Virus record (IMG/VR): IMGVR_UViG_3300036781_000607
Coordinates: 1 to 55,909 of that record
Source of the DNA: a virus
DNA: 55,909 nt
Reading direction: 5' to 3' (one strand)
The notes beneath the pieces were generated by a model, which saw only the letters and a list, made by a program, of their open reading frames with translations, made no database searches and was not told the DNA's origin. The stretch's first letter is position 1. Every line of letters starts with the position of its first letter. Shown piece after piece: positions 1 through 8,757 of the stretch. A program made the position numbers and the translations under genes.

Positions 1-127
1 GATAGTGCTACCAACTGCCCGTTCACGTTTGATACAGATATACCTTTTATTGAATTACCTAAACTATCAGCCCCTATTTTACCTACATTCAACGCTTGTT
101 GTAATGACAATTCAATTTGTTGTGCTT
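1..127. repeat. Terminal direct repeat identical to 55783-55909 (circular-assembly overlap)
   Basis: Bases 1-127 (gatagtgctaccaactgcc...caatttgttgtgctt) recur exactly as the last 127 bases of the window. Confidence 0.95.
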
Positions 128-833
128 CTGAATTTATAACCGCTAAATCTTCAGCCGGAGCCTTTAATCTTAAAGCATTTAATTCTGCTAAAGATCGTTT
201 TAACCCATTAATATATCCATCTTCCTGAACGACGGCATTACTGGTATTTTCAAGTGTTTGCGCTAACTGACCCGAGCTGCTGTTTGCGCTTAATATAGCT
301 TGGTTATATTCCTGTAGTGTGATTGTACCCGCTGCAAGTTGTTGATTTAATGCAGCGATTAATTCAGACTCCTGAGCAACAGCACCTGTCAAGTTCGGGT
401 TGGCTACATTCTCCGCAGAAGGTAAAGTCGAAGTGACATTCTCAAATGACCCCGGAGGCTGAACGTTCTTTACATTTTTAAGCGAGGCGCTGAGGTCATC
501 AACATGCTGTTTCAGCCGCTGAACGTCTCCGTCCATCGGGTCAAACCCGTTAGCCAGTAAAGAGTTGATCGCAGTCTGGTAAGCGCCTACTTCCTGTGTT
601 TGCAGTTTTACACTATCACCAAAAAGCGTAGCATTTCCTGTGATGACCGATAACTTCTGATCAAGTTGATCCAGCGCAGCAACACCTGCTTTGATCTGCG
701 GACTGATATCAGGAATAGTGATGTTGATCTGACTGCTTTTCGCGCCAGCGTCTTTGATGAGATTAGAAGCCTGGTTGATGGCACTTTCAAGACCTGATAT
801 ATCGCCGGTTATTTCGTATACAAGTCTTGCCAT
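1..833 (-). CDS. Tape measure protein, N-terminal part; continues across the circular junction into 52629-55909
   Basis: ATG at 833-831 overlaps the upstream stop (TAATG). My hand translation is open down to base 1 and reads in frame ...ELSLQQALNVGKIGADSLG, matching the start of ORF 52629-55892. The joined ORF is 3987 nt. Confidence 0.8.
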   Translation of the reverse strand, partial: MARLVYEITGDISGLESAINQASNLIKDAGAKSSQINITIPDISPQIKAGVAALDQLDQKLSVITGNATLFGDSVKLQTQEVGAYQTAINSLLANGFDPMDGDVQRLKQHVDDLSASLKNVKNVQPPGSFENVTSTLPSAENVANPNLTGAVAQESELIAALNQQLAAGTITLQEYNQAILSANSSSGQLAQTLENTSNAVVQEDGYINGLKRSLAELNALRLKAPAEDLAVINSEAQQIELSLQQALNVGKIGADSLGNSIKGISVSNVNGQLVAL

Positions 834-1039
834 TATTCAAATTCTTTTAACAGCGCCAGAGCCTGTTTAAGTGTAGTAATTTTTCTTTTTTCATTTTCCC
901 TATCAAGCCCTAACGGGTAAATATCTTTAGGGTGATGAAACTCTTTAGCCCCCCATCCCGCGTAGTTCAGTACATAAGCCATTAAGTGCCTTGTCCTGTC
1001 CCATTCTCTTTCCTGCCTGCGCTGATACCCTAACAGCAT
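833..1039 (-). CDS. Tail assembly chaperone T-frame segment, probably made only as a G-T fusion by -1 frameshift
   Basis: This frame is open upstream from 1039 to 1141, through the A-run inside the 3' end of ORF 1090-1503. It sits directly upstream of the tape measure gene. Confidence 0.65.
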   Translation of the reverse strand: MLLGYQRRQEREWDRTRHLMAYVLNYAGWGAKEFHHPKDIYPLGLDRENEKRKITTLKQALALLKEFE

Positions 1040-1089
1040 CAGGTTGAAATCCTTTAAAGTACATCGCTCTATTTCAGATGGCTTTAACC

Positions 1090-1503
1090 CTATTTCGTAG
1101 GCAAGGATGATGATTTCCGCGATACCGACTTTTTTTTTGCCCCGGTTTTATTCGTTTCTTCCAAAACCACACCCATCAATTCGGCAACGGACTTACCATA
1201 TAAATAAGAATTAAAAAAATCTGCGACAATAGGTGTAGTAAAATCAGCGCCTTTTTTGTCGATCTCGACAATTATTTTTTGATAAGGGATAGCAGGTGCT
1301 GAAAGATCATTAATGATAGCATCTGTATCAACGGCACAAGTAATGAATTTAGCCAAAACAACGGTACCTTTTATGCCTGAGTCTTTTTGCATTAATAAAG
1401 TGATGGCCGAAGTCATATCCATATCCACCATATCGCAAAAACGATCTATGGTATTAAGCCCCCAGTAAATACCGTATTCAGTTTCATTAATCGTTATCTT
1501 CAT
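1090..1503 (-). CDS. Tail assembly chaperone (gpG-like)
   Basis: 137-aa ORF between the tail tube and tape measure genes, with a slippery A-run near its 3' end. Confidence 0.65.
   Translation of the reverse strand: MKITINETEYGIYWGLNTIDRFCDMVDMDMTSAITLLMQKDSGIKGTVVLAKFITCAVDTDAIINDLSAPAIPYQKIIVEIDKKGADFTTPIVADFFNSYLYGKSVAELMGVVLEETNKTGAKKKSVSRKSSSLPTK
1129..1135 (-). promoter_or_regulatory. -1 programmed frameshift slippery heptamer A AAA AAG
   Basis: Minus strand reads GCA AAA AAA AAG TCG in frame 0. A -1 slip gives AAA AAA AAA GTC GGT, which continues open into ORF 833-1039. Confidence 0.65.
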
Positions 1504-1664
1504 TTTCCGCTATTGCTTTTAAAATTTCTTCTGTTGTAGGCTCAGTTGACTGAGTAATTATTATACTAAAACGGTTATACCGGCAACCGCAGGGCAACCA
1601 TACGATATAGCTGCAAACCCACCGGTCGCCGGGATAGGAGGTAATTCTTTTGAGTTCTGTCAAA

Positions 1665-2129
1665 TTAAGTAGTACGGTTTATTTCAGTATGTGACAGCGG
1701 GCCGTTACCGGTGATCGTAATATCCCCTGTGGAAGAACCTTTCTCAGGGCCGTTAATTTTGATACCTGTTAACAAACCTGTACCTGAATATAAATAATCC
1801 GTTGAAATTACGCCGTCACCTAAATCAGGGTTGGTCATAAAGTCAGCTTCTACATTCAGGTCGCCGTCAATAAACTCATTGGCGAGATCGAATATATTAC
1901 CGTCAAGACCATCCGCAAATGCCTTGGCTGAAAAGGTCATTGTCCAGTCTTTCGAGTCAACCGTACGGGTAACCCATCCTATCGGATCCTGATCAGCTCC
2001 CTGATCCGGCTTACAAGTATCATCATCAGTTGTAGCCCCGGTGAGTGTTAAATCACCAGCAGTTTGACACCTCCAATATTTACCATTGGTACGGATGCCT
2101 AAAAGCTTACCTGGTAGCGCATTTGCCAT
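1665..2129 (-). CDS. Major tail (tube) protein, paralog 1
   Basis: 154 aa. Its N-terminus MANALPGKLLGIRTNGKYWRC parallels MAGISGRLLGLQANGIFISC of ORF 2470-2949. Located upstream of the chaperones. Confidence 0.5.
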   Translation of the reverse strand: MANALPGKLLGIRTNGKYWRCQTAGDLTLTGATTDDDTCKPDQGADQDPIGWVTRTVDSKDWTMTFSAKAFADGLDGNIFDLANEFIDGDLNVEADFMTNPDLGDGVISTDYLYSGTGLLTGIKINGPEKGSSTGDITITGNGPLSHTEINRTT

Positions 2130-2130
2130 T

Positions 2131-2469
2131 TTAATTTCCTCCTTTAATTTTTTGTATAACTTGTTTAATATAATTTTCTTTCACAACCATAGGGGCTAAA
2201 ACCTCTATTACAACAGATTCTTTTTTGGCTTTCACTTTTCCTTTCAGAACCCGGATAACTTCACCTGTTTTAAACAGACAAACTGTCTCAATACCCTTAG
2301 TTAAAATGCTTTTTCCCTCAAATATATAATTAAATTTTAATATCGGGGTTTCACGTAAACTTTTTTTACCGTCAACTTCAATGAGTTCATGTTCCTTATC
2401 AATAAACACGTCATCTGAACAGGCCCATCCGTCAGGCCACACAATAAAACCTATTCCTGTATTACTCAT
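2131..2469 (-). CDS. Hypothetical protein between the two tail-tube paralogs
   Basis: 112-aa ORF tightly packed between its neighbours. Confidence 0.5.
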   Translation of the reverse strand: MSNTGIGFIVWPDGWACSDDVFIDKEHELIEVDGKKSLRETPILKFNYIFEGKSILTKGIETVCLFKTGEVIRVLKGKVKAKKESVVIEVLAPMVVKENYIKQVIQKIKGGN

Positions 2470-2949
2470 TTATGTAACCCTTTCATCAACTATAACAGGA
2501 TAATCTGCACTTGCTGGCATTGCATCAATGATTAATGCAAAATCTTCAAATGAAGCCTTAAGTTCTCCAGAGCCGTTAAATACCATATTCCATGTGCTCG
2601 CCCCCTTGCCAGGGCCTGTAGCGCTTCCGGAAGCCAGTACAGCATTTCCGCTTAACGACATTTGCGTAGTTGCAGACGGCCTTGTACCCCAAATTAAAAA
2701 TACGGGTAAACCTGAAAAGAACGAGTTCATCAAAGTTTTAAAATCAGCGCCTACGGCTTCAGCTAATAATTGGCCATCAATGCTGATCGTCCATGATCTT
2801 AAACCCGCGATAAATTCAGCCCATCTTGCACTGTCAACAGCAGAAGCAGGCAGCATATTGGCCTGAAAGTTGATAGATGACTGTACCTCACAGCTTATAA
2901 ATATGCCGTTCGCTTGTAGCCCTAATAACCTTCCTGATATTCCTGCCAT
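2470..2949 (-). CDS. Major tail (tube) protein, paralog 2
   Basis: 159 aa, with an N-terminal motif shared with ORF 1665-2129. The antisense ORF 2528-2866 is judged spurious. Confidence 0.5.
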   Translation of the reverse strand: MAGISGRLLGLQANGIFISCEVQSSINFQANMLPASAVDSARWAEFIAGLRSWTISIDGQLLAEAVGADFKTLMNSFFSGLPVFLIWGTRPSATTQMSLSGNAVLASGSATGPGKGASTWNMVFNGSGELKASFEDFALIIDAMPASADYPVIVDERVT

Positions 2950-3365
2950 TATATTACCTCAGATAACCAGTGTTCATAGATCAAAACCCGTCTCTCAATA
3001 GTAAGCGTTTTATCGGTCATATCCAAATCAATACTATCGATCAGGTAAGTTGATTTCAAATAAAAATTATTAACCAAAATGCCCGCTTCAACTGCAGTGA
3101 TACAAAGTTGTTCCATGTCATCCACAATAGAAGTAGCCGTATAGCCACGGGTGTTTACGCTAATAATGTGTAATGTAACACGGCAGTTCCACTCAAAATC
3201 CTCTTTACTGCGTTCAGTTGTGGTTTTTGACTGGGACTCAACCAGCACATATTGCGCAGGTACCGGGTTAACATCAACCGGAATATCTTTATTAAATACA
3301 GTCAATCCCACATTCTGTAAAGCAGTAAGATAACCTTCACGTAAAAATTTGTCAGGGTTCTTCAT
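2949..3365 (-). CDS. Neck / tail-completion protein (by position)
   Basis: 138-aa ORF in the head-tail joining block, with overlapping start and stop codons on both sides. Confidence 0.4.
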   Translation of the reverse strand: MKNPDKFLREGYLTALQNVGLTVFNKDIPVDVNPVPAQYVLVESQSKTTTERSKEDFEWNCRVTLHIISVNTRGYTATSIVDDMEQLCITAVEAGILVNNFYLKSTYLIDSIDLDMTDKTLTIERRVLIYEHWLSEVI

Positions 3366-3826
3366 TCTGCCAGTTCACTTAATTGTTTATCGATCTCACC
3401 AGGTAATTCATCAATATGTTCATAAATGGCCGGGAAGAAATACGGATGAGCCTGCAAAGTACCTTCACCGTTCACAAAGAACTTTTTAGCCTCTGCCACC
3501 TGTTCTTCAGGTTTTCCGGCTAAAAATGTCTCGGCGTTCTGCCCGGTACCAAACTCTACATAAGCGGAAAGTTCATCTCCCGCATCAATGATCGTTTCTT
3601 CCCCGGTCTGAATAACACTGATCTTACTGCCTAAACTGCCCGGTGCCGCGCTTCTGGCCTGTTCGGCTATACGGTTAGCTACATCCAGTTCGGCTTTATT
3701 CACAGCCTCCCTTGCGCCTTTCAGTAAAGCGTTTAAGGGAGACAGCGAATCGTTCAAGTTTTTAATCACCTTTTTTATTTGTTGTACATAATAAGCGCCA
3801 GTAATGCACAGGCTGGTCAATATCAA
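3362..3826 (-). CDS. HK97 gp10-like tail-completion protein (start more likely the GTG at 3769)
   Basis: The AYVEFGTGQNAE motif is typical of the HK97 gp10 family. An in-frame GTG at 3769 overlaps the upstream stop (GTGATTAA). Confidence 0.55.
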   Translation of the reverse strand: MILTSLCITGAYYVQQIKKVIKNLNDSLSPLNALLKGAREAVNKAELDVANRIAEQARSAAPGSLGSKISVIQTGEETIIDAGDELSAYVEFGTGQNAETFLAGKPEEQVAEAKKFFVNGEGTLQAHPYFFPAIYEHIDELPGEIDKQLSELAE

Positions 3827-4160
3827 TGATCGCCCGCAAAGTATAACTAATCGCTACACCATTCACCAAAACCTCCACACGCATATTTTTTTTAGGCATC
3901 CAATTGCTACGGTAACGGATAGTGTAATAGGTATCACCATTCATCATCGTAGCCCCAGCTTCCTGTTCCAGTTGACTATAAATACTCCCCGGCCTGTTCT
4001 GTATATTTTGCTGAGAAGCACGGGTCTGTAAGGTCATTGTTTCGTTAAGCGGCGTTTGATCTCCAAAACTATTTGTAACCGATGATTGCTCAAAGAACTT
4101 AATATCAAACCGCAACCGGCCCGGATCTACAAAAGTCTTGTTCTCATACAAAATTTTCAT
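3762..4160 (-). CDS. Head-closure / head-tail adaptor protein (by position)
   Basis: 132-aa ORF between the gp6-like connector and the gp10-like gene. Confidence 0.45.
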   Translation of the reverse strand: MKILYENKTFVDPGRLRFDIKFFEQSSVTNSFGDQTPLNETMTLQTRASQQNIQNRPGSIYSQLEQEAGATMMNGDTYYTIRYRSNWMPKKNMRVEVLVNGVAISYTLRAIIDIDQPVHYWRLLCTTNKKGD

Positions 4161-4726
4161 ATCAGCGCCCTCCGGTACTGCGCTAATAAAATCTGTATGT
4201 CGGTCGGCAAATTTGCCTTATAACTATCTCTGTTCTCATACAAATAGGTGATCCATTTATAAGCGGCTTCAATCAACGGTGGTGGAATACCCGAAATATC
4301 ACCTGGTGCAAACCCCGTCTGCAACGTGATCATACTGTTCGGCGCTGCATACAATAATGTTTTCAGTGCGTTGAATTGCGTGGTATAAGTAATATCACCC
4401 GGAGGTGAAGATAAATCCTGTACAGAAGTGATGGTGAACGGATACAGATAAATTGATAAACCTTTCGGGGTCCAGCGGATACCTGATGAGCCGTTATAAA
4501 ATCCTGTTCCATAATCGGGAAAATAATTGATCGGAATATACGGATTAATCTGCCTGTTAAAAACAACTTCTTCCCGCTGGAAAGTACGCCAGCAGGTATA
4601 CTTCTCTACCCAATCAATAGACGCCCCAATAAGCCGTGTGATTGTGGCATCTTCATCAGTATAATCTGCTTCAATGTTCAACCAACTCTTAGCATCTGCT
4701 AAAGAAATTATATCAGTGCCTTGCAT
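4157..4726 (-). CDS. gp6-like head-tail connector protein
   Basis: N-terminus LADAKSWLNIEADYTDEDATITRLIGASIDWVEKYT matches the gp6-like connector pattern. It is the first gene after the capsid terminator. Confidence 0.6.
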   Translation of the reverse strand: MQGTDIISLADAKSWLNIEADYTDEDATITRLIGASIDWVEKYTCWRTFQREEVVFNRQINPYIPINYFPDYGTGFYNGSSGIRWTPKGLSIYLYPFTITSVQDLSSPPGDITYTTQFNALKTLLYAAPNSMITLQTGFAPGDISGIPPPLIEAAYKWITYLYENRDSYKANLPTDIQILLAQYRRALI

Positions 4727-4745
4727 AAATCAAAACTAATAAAAA

Positions 4746-4772
4746 AACCCGGCATATTCAATACGCCGGGTT
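4746..4772 (-). terminator. Intrinsic terminator after the major capsid gene
   Basis: Minus strand reads AACCCGGC-loop-GCCGGGTT followed by TTTTTTTATT, 28 nt after the capsid stop. Confidence 0.7.
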
Positions 4773-4799
4773 AAACCTAAAAACCTATGAAAAACAATC

Positions 4800-6098
4800 T
4801 TAAGTCGTACGGGTAAAGTCAATCTTTTTGAATGACTCAGGATAGAAAGGAGTCATCGCGATACGGGCTTCAACCAGGAAGGTAACCAAGTTCTTGAAGA
4901 AGTTTTGGTCAGCTTCAGTAGAAGTACGCAGGGTAATACCCTTTTTCTGCCATAAAGCAACACCGCGATTATAATTACCTGCCAAACCTTCCAGTGCATT
5001 AAATACTGTATGGAAGTAGATCGGAATACCACCGATGGCCAACTGGCCGGCAGTAGTAGCCTGGATAGGATAATCATATTCCTGTACATCACCTTCTGAC
5101 TTATTAATTAAAGCACTCAGATAAGCTTCCGGTGAAATCCAGATCGCGTCGCCTGGACGCAGGTTGCGGCGGGTATTCGTAAGTGCCAAAGCCATTTTAT
5201 CCCAAACATTTGAATTAGGGCTTACGTCCTCTATACCGGCATAGCTGATAGCACTTGCTACTTCACTGAATAGACCTGGTAATTCGCCTGATGCTGAAAC
5301 GCCTTTAAATACCTGGCGAGTTTCTTCGTCTTTGTATGCCCAGGGTAATTCCTGTGCCAGCCATTCAGGTGCCCCTACGATATCATCCAAAAATTCTTCC
5401 TGCACGCTTACCCAACCTGCAATCTTAATTACATTCGCTGTCTTTGGAACAGGTGTGTAGTCAAATTGTGGTTTGGTTGCACCTGCAGCAACAGAAGCGA
5501 TCTTACCGTCTTTTTTAACAAACTGAACGTAGTTGATCGCATTATTAGCAGTAGGGTATACTGGTATAATATCGCGGGCCTGTACCTGTTCGTGCGGAAT
5601 ACTGATTGGCATTAACCATTGCTGCGCAGTAGTACCAGCAGGTACACCAATTACAGCGGGAGCTTTTTCAGCTAAAAGACCAGCGCCTTCTAACTCCACA
5701 TTGAAAGATTTTTTGGTTTTAAATTCCTGCAATTGCTTCATAGCTGCACCATCTTTTTCAGCAAAAGCTTTACTGATCTCAGCTTTCAACCCTGCCATTT
5801 CAGCATTTTTCTGTTGTGCAGAAATACGCTCCATTTTAGCTTCGGCAGCTTCACGCTTTTTATCAGTTTCATCGATCTTAACTGTCAATGCAGCAATTTC
5901 AACTTTCTGAGCTTCAATAGTTGTGGTTAATTCTGTTTTCACGGCTTCCACAGCGACACCTGCGGCAGTTTCAGCAGCTACTTTAGCGGCATCGGCAGTT
6001 TCCTTCATTTCATGGCTACGCTTTTCATCGGCGTATTTTTCCTTCTGATAATCAGTAAGAGCCTCGAATTGTGCTTTGGTTAAATATTCAAATTTCAT
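4800..6098 (-). CDS. Major capsid protein (HK97 fold) with an N-terminal coiled-coil, delta-like domain
   Basis: 432 aa. The first ~130 aa are Ala/Glu/Lys-rich and coiled-coil-like. It follows the protease gene and no separate scaffold gene is present. Confidence 0.8.
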   Translation of the reverse strand: MKFEYLTKAQFEALTDYQKEKYADEKRSHEMKETADAAKVAAETAAGVAVEAVKTELTTTIEAQKVEIAALTVKIDETDKKREAAEAKMERISAQQKNAEMAGLKAEISKAFAEKDGAAMKQLQEFKTKKSFNVELEGAGLLAEKAPAVIGVPAGTTAQQWLMPISIPHEQVQARDIIPVYPTANNAINYVQFVKKDGKIASVAAGATKPQFDYTPVPKTANVIKIAGWVSVQEEFLDDIVGAPEWLAQELPWAYKDEETRQVFKGVSASGELPGLFSEVASAISYAGIEDVSPNSNVWDKMALALTNTRRNLRPGDAIWISPEAYLSALINKSEGDVQEYDYPIQATTAGQLAIGGIPIYFHTVFNALEGLAGNYNRGVALWQKKGITLRTSTEADQNFFKNLVTFLVEARIAMTPFYPESFKKIDFTRTT

Positions 6099-6110
6099 TT
6101 CGGGTTGTTT

Positions 6111-6935
6111 TTAAAGTTGATAAAAATAATCTGATTTAACCTCTGTGCTGCTGTCTGCGGGCGGTTCGGTTTCGTGTTTTTGACCTGCTTCTGCGGGGTC
6201 ATTATAATAAATTGGAGTCGCGCGGTTTGAGCCAGCTAATACAGCGCTTCCCTCTTTTACAATTTTTGCCTGTTTCTGAGCCCAAAAATACCCTTCTGTC
6301 TCATCTTCTTTATTGGCCATTAAAGGGAAATACTTCATGTAATTCATGTATTCCGCTTCCATGCCCTTACCAGTACTGTTAACACAAAGATCCATGTCAA
6401 CATACTGCATACGTATAGACCCCTGTAATGGCTTACCAGCTTTAATAATCTTAAATGCTTTTTTATTTGATAACTCAGTTACCATCGAAGCAAATATTAA
6501 AGCTTGTGTTTTACCGACATAATTTTGTCCTAAATCCGACCAGTCTAAACTCCTTAAAAGTATTTCTACTTCATCAGGATAACTTATAATCGAGTTCATG
6601 TCAAGTTTATGCTCCGTGGTATAGTAAGTTTTACCTTGCTGGTCTTTAATTGATAAATCCCAGATACCGTCCAGGTGCATATCTTTATGACTGTCCAAAA
6701 AATTTGTAGTATTTATAACTGGATATATAATATCCCCAAATTTTAATTCAGCCGGAGCCTGTAATGATTTTGATGTCTCATCTTTACTTTGTCGAAGCGC
6801 AAAACCTACAGGATCACTTTCCTTTATAGCTGCTTTTTTTAAACCAATAATTCGTGTTTTATTTTGCACAAGAGCAATAAACATCTCTTGTTGAGTAGAA
6901 AACTCCTTATTAAGTTCAGGACAAAATATTTTCAC
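6111..6935 (-). CDS. Prohead maturation protease (HK97 / U35-S78-like)
   Basis: Motifs FLDSHKDMHLDG, GSIRMQY and EGSAVLAGSNRAT resemble the family pattern. It lies immediately upstream of the capsid gene and has a GTG start. Confidence 0.6.
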   Translation of the reverse strand: MKIFCPELNKEFSTQQEMFIALVQNKTRIIGLKKAAIKESDPVGFALRQSKDETSKSLQAPAELKFGDIIYPVINTTNFLDSHKDMHLDGIWDLSIKDQQGKTYYTTEHKLDMNSIISYPDEVEILLRSLDWSDLGQNYVGKTQALIFASMVTELSNKKAFKIIKAGKPLQGSIRMQYVDMDLCVNSTGKGMEAEYMNYMKYFPLMANKEDETEGYFWAQKQAKIVKEGSAVLAGSNRATPIYYNDPAEAGQKHETEPPADSSTEVKSDYFYQL

Positions 6936-7060
6936 TTATTGAAGGGTTTAACCAGGTGCTTTTGCTTCTCATCAATAGATTTCCGTACATTATCAGGCAG
7001 GGAGTTTTCTTTAAACTTGTTCAGCTTTTCAATTTGTTCCTTCTGATTTTTATCACTCAT
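6932..7060 (-). CDS. Small hypothetical protein (42 aa)
   Basis: ATG at 7060. Its TGA overlaps the GTG start of the protease (GTGA). Below the 60-aa cutoff of the ORF track. Confidence 0.35.
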   Translation of the reverse strand: MSDKNQKEQIEKLNKFKENSLPDNVRKSIDEKQKHLVKPFNK

Positions 7061-7114
7061 GGCATAAAAGTAAGCGAAATGAAAAAATATTTGAATTAAA
7101 TTCGTAGTGTACTA

Positions 7115-7145
7115 TTGCAATATTGAAATATGTAATTTATATTTG
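7115..7145 (+). promoter_or_regulatory. Bacteroidota-type promoter (-33 TTG, -7 TATATTTG), conserved copy 1
   Basis: TTG at 7115-7117, a 20-nt spacer, then TATATTTG at 7138-7145. The ~33-bp block is similar to 25333-25366 and 37519-37552. Confidence 0.5.
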
Positions 7146-7150
7146 CACTC

Positions 7151-7342
7151 ATGACATTACAAGAAGCTATTAAAGAAATTACCTCAAAACCTAAATGGTA
7201 TGCAGGTAAACTTAACCAATCAACAGCCAGTAGTACTGTTAGAAATATCATAGCCGGTACAGCAAAGCCAAAAACTGTTCGTGAATTTATGGCTTTATTT
7301 GGATTTGAAGTTGAGAAAGAATTAATATGGCGAAAGAAATGA
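7151..7342 (+). CDS. Small hypothetical protein, first gene of the plus-strand cassette
   Basis: 63-aa ORF 6 nt downstream of the promoter-like element. Confidence 0.45.
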   Translation: MTLQEAIKEITSKPKWYAGKLNQSTASSTVRNIIAGTAKPKTVREFMALFGFEVEKELIWRKK

Positions 7343-7590
7343 GAAATAACATGCAAAGGTCTATATCGCATGGTTTAGGCATAGAAACTCCTGTTAAAGT
7401 TTATAATGTTGATGAAAAACAATTACTTTTTATTTGTAAAAATTTGAGTGAATGTGCTTTGAAAGTAGGTATAAACATGAGCACGCTAGTACGTGCTATT
7501 TCAAATAAATCTGTAAATAAAGCCAATAAATTAAATTTACGTTTAGCATTTAGATTATGCCCATTAGAAAATTCACAATCACAGGCATAG
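7327..7590 (+). CDS. NUMOD1/IENR1-like helix-turn-helix protein (stand-alone homing-endonuclease DNA-binding module)
   Basis: PVKVYNVDEKQLLFICKNLSECALKVGINMSTLVRAISNKS resembles the NUMOD1 pattern. Confidence 0.45.
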   Translation: MAKEMRNNMQRSISHGLGIETPVKVYNVDEKQLLFICKNLSECALKVGINMSTLVRAISNKSVNKANKLNLRLAFRLCPLENSQSQA

Positions 7591-7789
7591 CCGTTAAGGT
7601 CGAGTTCAAAAATGAATTTAACCCGCATACATTTGAACAGATCAATAAGCGGTATGATACAACTGGACATTGTTAGTAATGGTGACTTCTCCGATTTTGA
7701 CGCTGAGAAGCTACAATCATTAATTATCAACTATTTTAAAGGCAATCCAAAATTGATGTTGCCAGATATAATAAGGAGTTCAAATTAAT

Positions 7790-8104
7790 ATGGAAAACAA
7801 AATTCTTATGATTTCATTAACTCCTGATGAGTTAAAAAATTTAGTTAAAGAAGCGATCAGAGAATATAATTGTTCTTTATCGGGTGGCGGAAATGAAAAA
7901 ACTTTTGCAGATACTATTATAGATTGGGATCTATCTCACAAATGTATTAAAACTCTAAAAGATGCTTTTCCTAACTGTACATTAGACCAATTTTTATCTA
8001 AAAATACTGAATATACTCTACTTAGAGTAAGAGGTTTCGGTAAAAAATCCTTAGAAGAACTTGTTTCTTATCTACGTATGAAAAATTTATCTCTTAGAAA
8101 ATGA
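7790..8104 (+). CDS. RNA polymerase alpha C-terminal-domain-like (HhH) protein
   Basis: C-terminus TLLRVRGFGKKSLEELVSYLRMKNLSL resembles the RpoA CTD motif (...NLGKKSL.EI...L...GLSL). Confidence 0.5.
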   Translation: MENKILMISLTPDELKNLVKEAIREYNCSLSGGGNEKTFADTIIDWDLSHKCIKTLKDAFPNCTLDQFLSKNTEYTLLRVRGFGKKSLEELVSYLRMKNLSLRK

Positions 8105-8757
8105 ACGTTGGAATTGCAATATCAACTCATAATCGCCGGGAAATCGCCGAGCGCTCTATAGAACAGTGGAAAAAATTTCTGCCTGTTGGTGCCAAACTGG
8201 TTATCGTGGATGATGCTTCAGCAATTCCTTATCCTGGCGCTGACTATGTTTTCAGTGAACGTGCAGGTATCTCAGCAGTTAAGAACAAATGTATAGAACT
8301 GCTTGAAGATTGTAGTGATATTTTTCTGGCAGACGATGACATTTACGCGATAGATGCGAACTGGGCCACCTGGTATACGCACAGTAACCTGCAGCATGCC
8401 TGTTATATATTTGAACGTAAATTATTGTGGACTGAGCCTGATTACAAAGCGTATGAATTGCCTCGCGGTTGCCTGCTTTACTTTACAAAACACTGCATCG
8501 AAATAGCAGGGGGGTTTGATACGAATCTAAAAAATATGTATGAACATGTAAATTTATCTCAACGTATTTTCAATATGAAATTAACTCCATCAGCATACAT
8601 TGATATCCCGCATTCAAAAGGATTATTCTATTCGCATGATGAGCAAAATACGGCTCAGTCATGCTTTGATCCTTATGAACGTACTAAAGCGATCTGGGAG
8701 AACAAAAAATACTGGGAAGAAACCAAATTAAGTAATCAGTTTATACCTTATAAATGA
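8101..8757 (+). CDS. Glycosyltransferase family 2-like (GT-A)
   Basis: GIAISTHNRREIAERSIEQW...KLVIVDDAS, plus a second DDD motif. Confidence 0.7.
   Translation: MNVGIAISTHNRREIAERSIEQWKKFLPVGAKLVIVDDASAIPYPGADYVFSERAGISAVKNKCIELLEDCSDIFLADDDIYAIDANWATWYTHSNLQHACYIFERKLLWTEPDYKAYELPRGCLLYFTKHCIEIAGGFDTNLKNMYEHVNLSQRIFNMKLTPSAYIDIPHSKGLFYSHDEQNTAQSCFDPYERTKAIWENKKYWEETKLSNQFIPYK

Noticed and set aside
2528-2866. 112-aa plus-strand ORF inside tail-tube paralog 2
   Set aside because: It is fully nested antisense in a gene that fits the operon, with tight start and stop coupling to its neighbours.
7096-7730. Minus-strand ORFs 7096-7371 and 7401-7730
   Set aside because: They are antisense to a compact plus-strand gene series that starts at a strong promoter-like element. 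Both are hydrophobic, low-complexity translations of AT-rich sequence.
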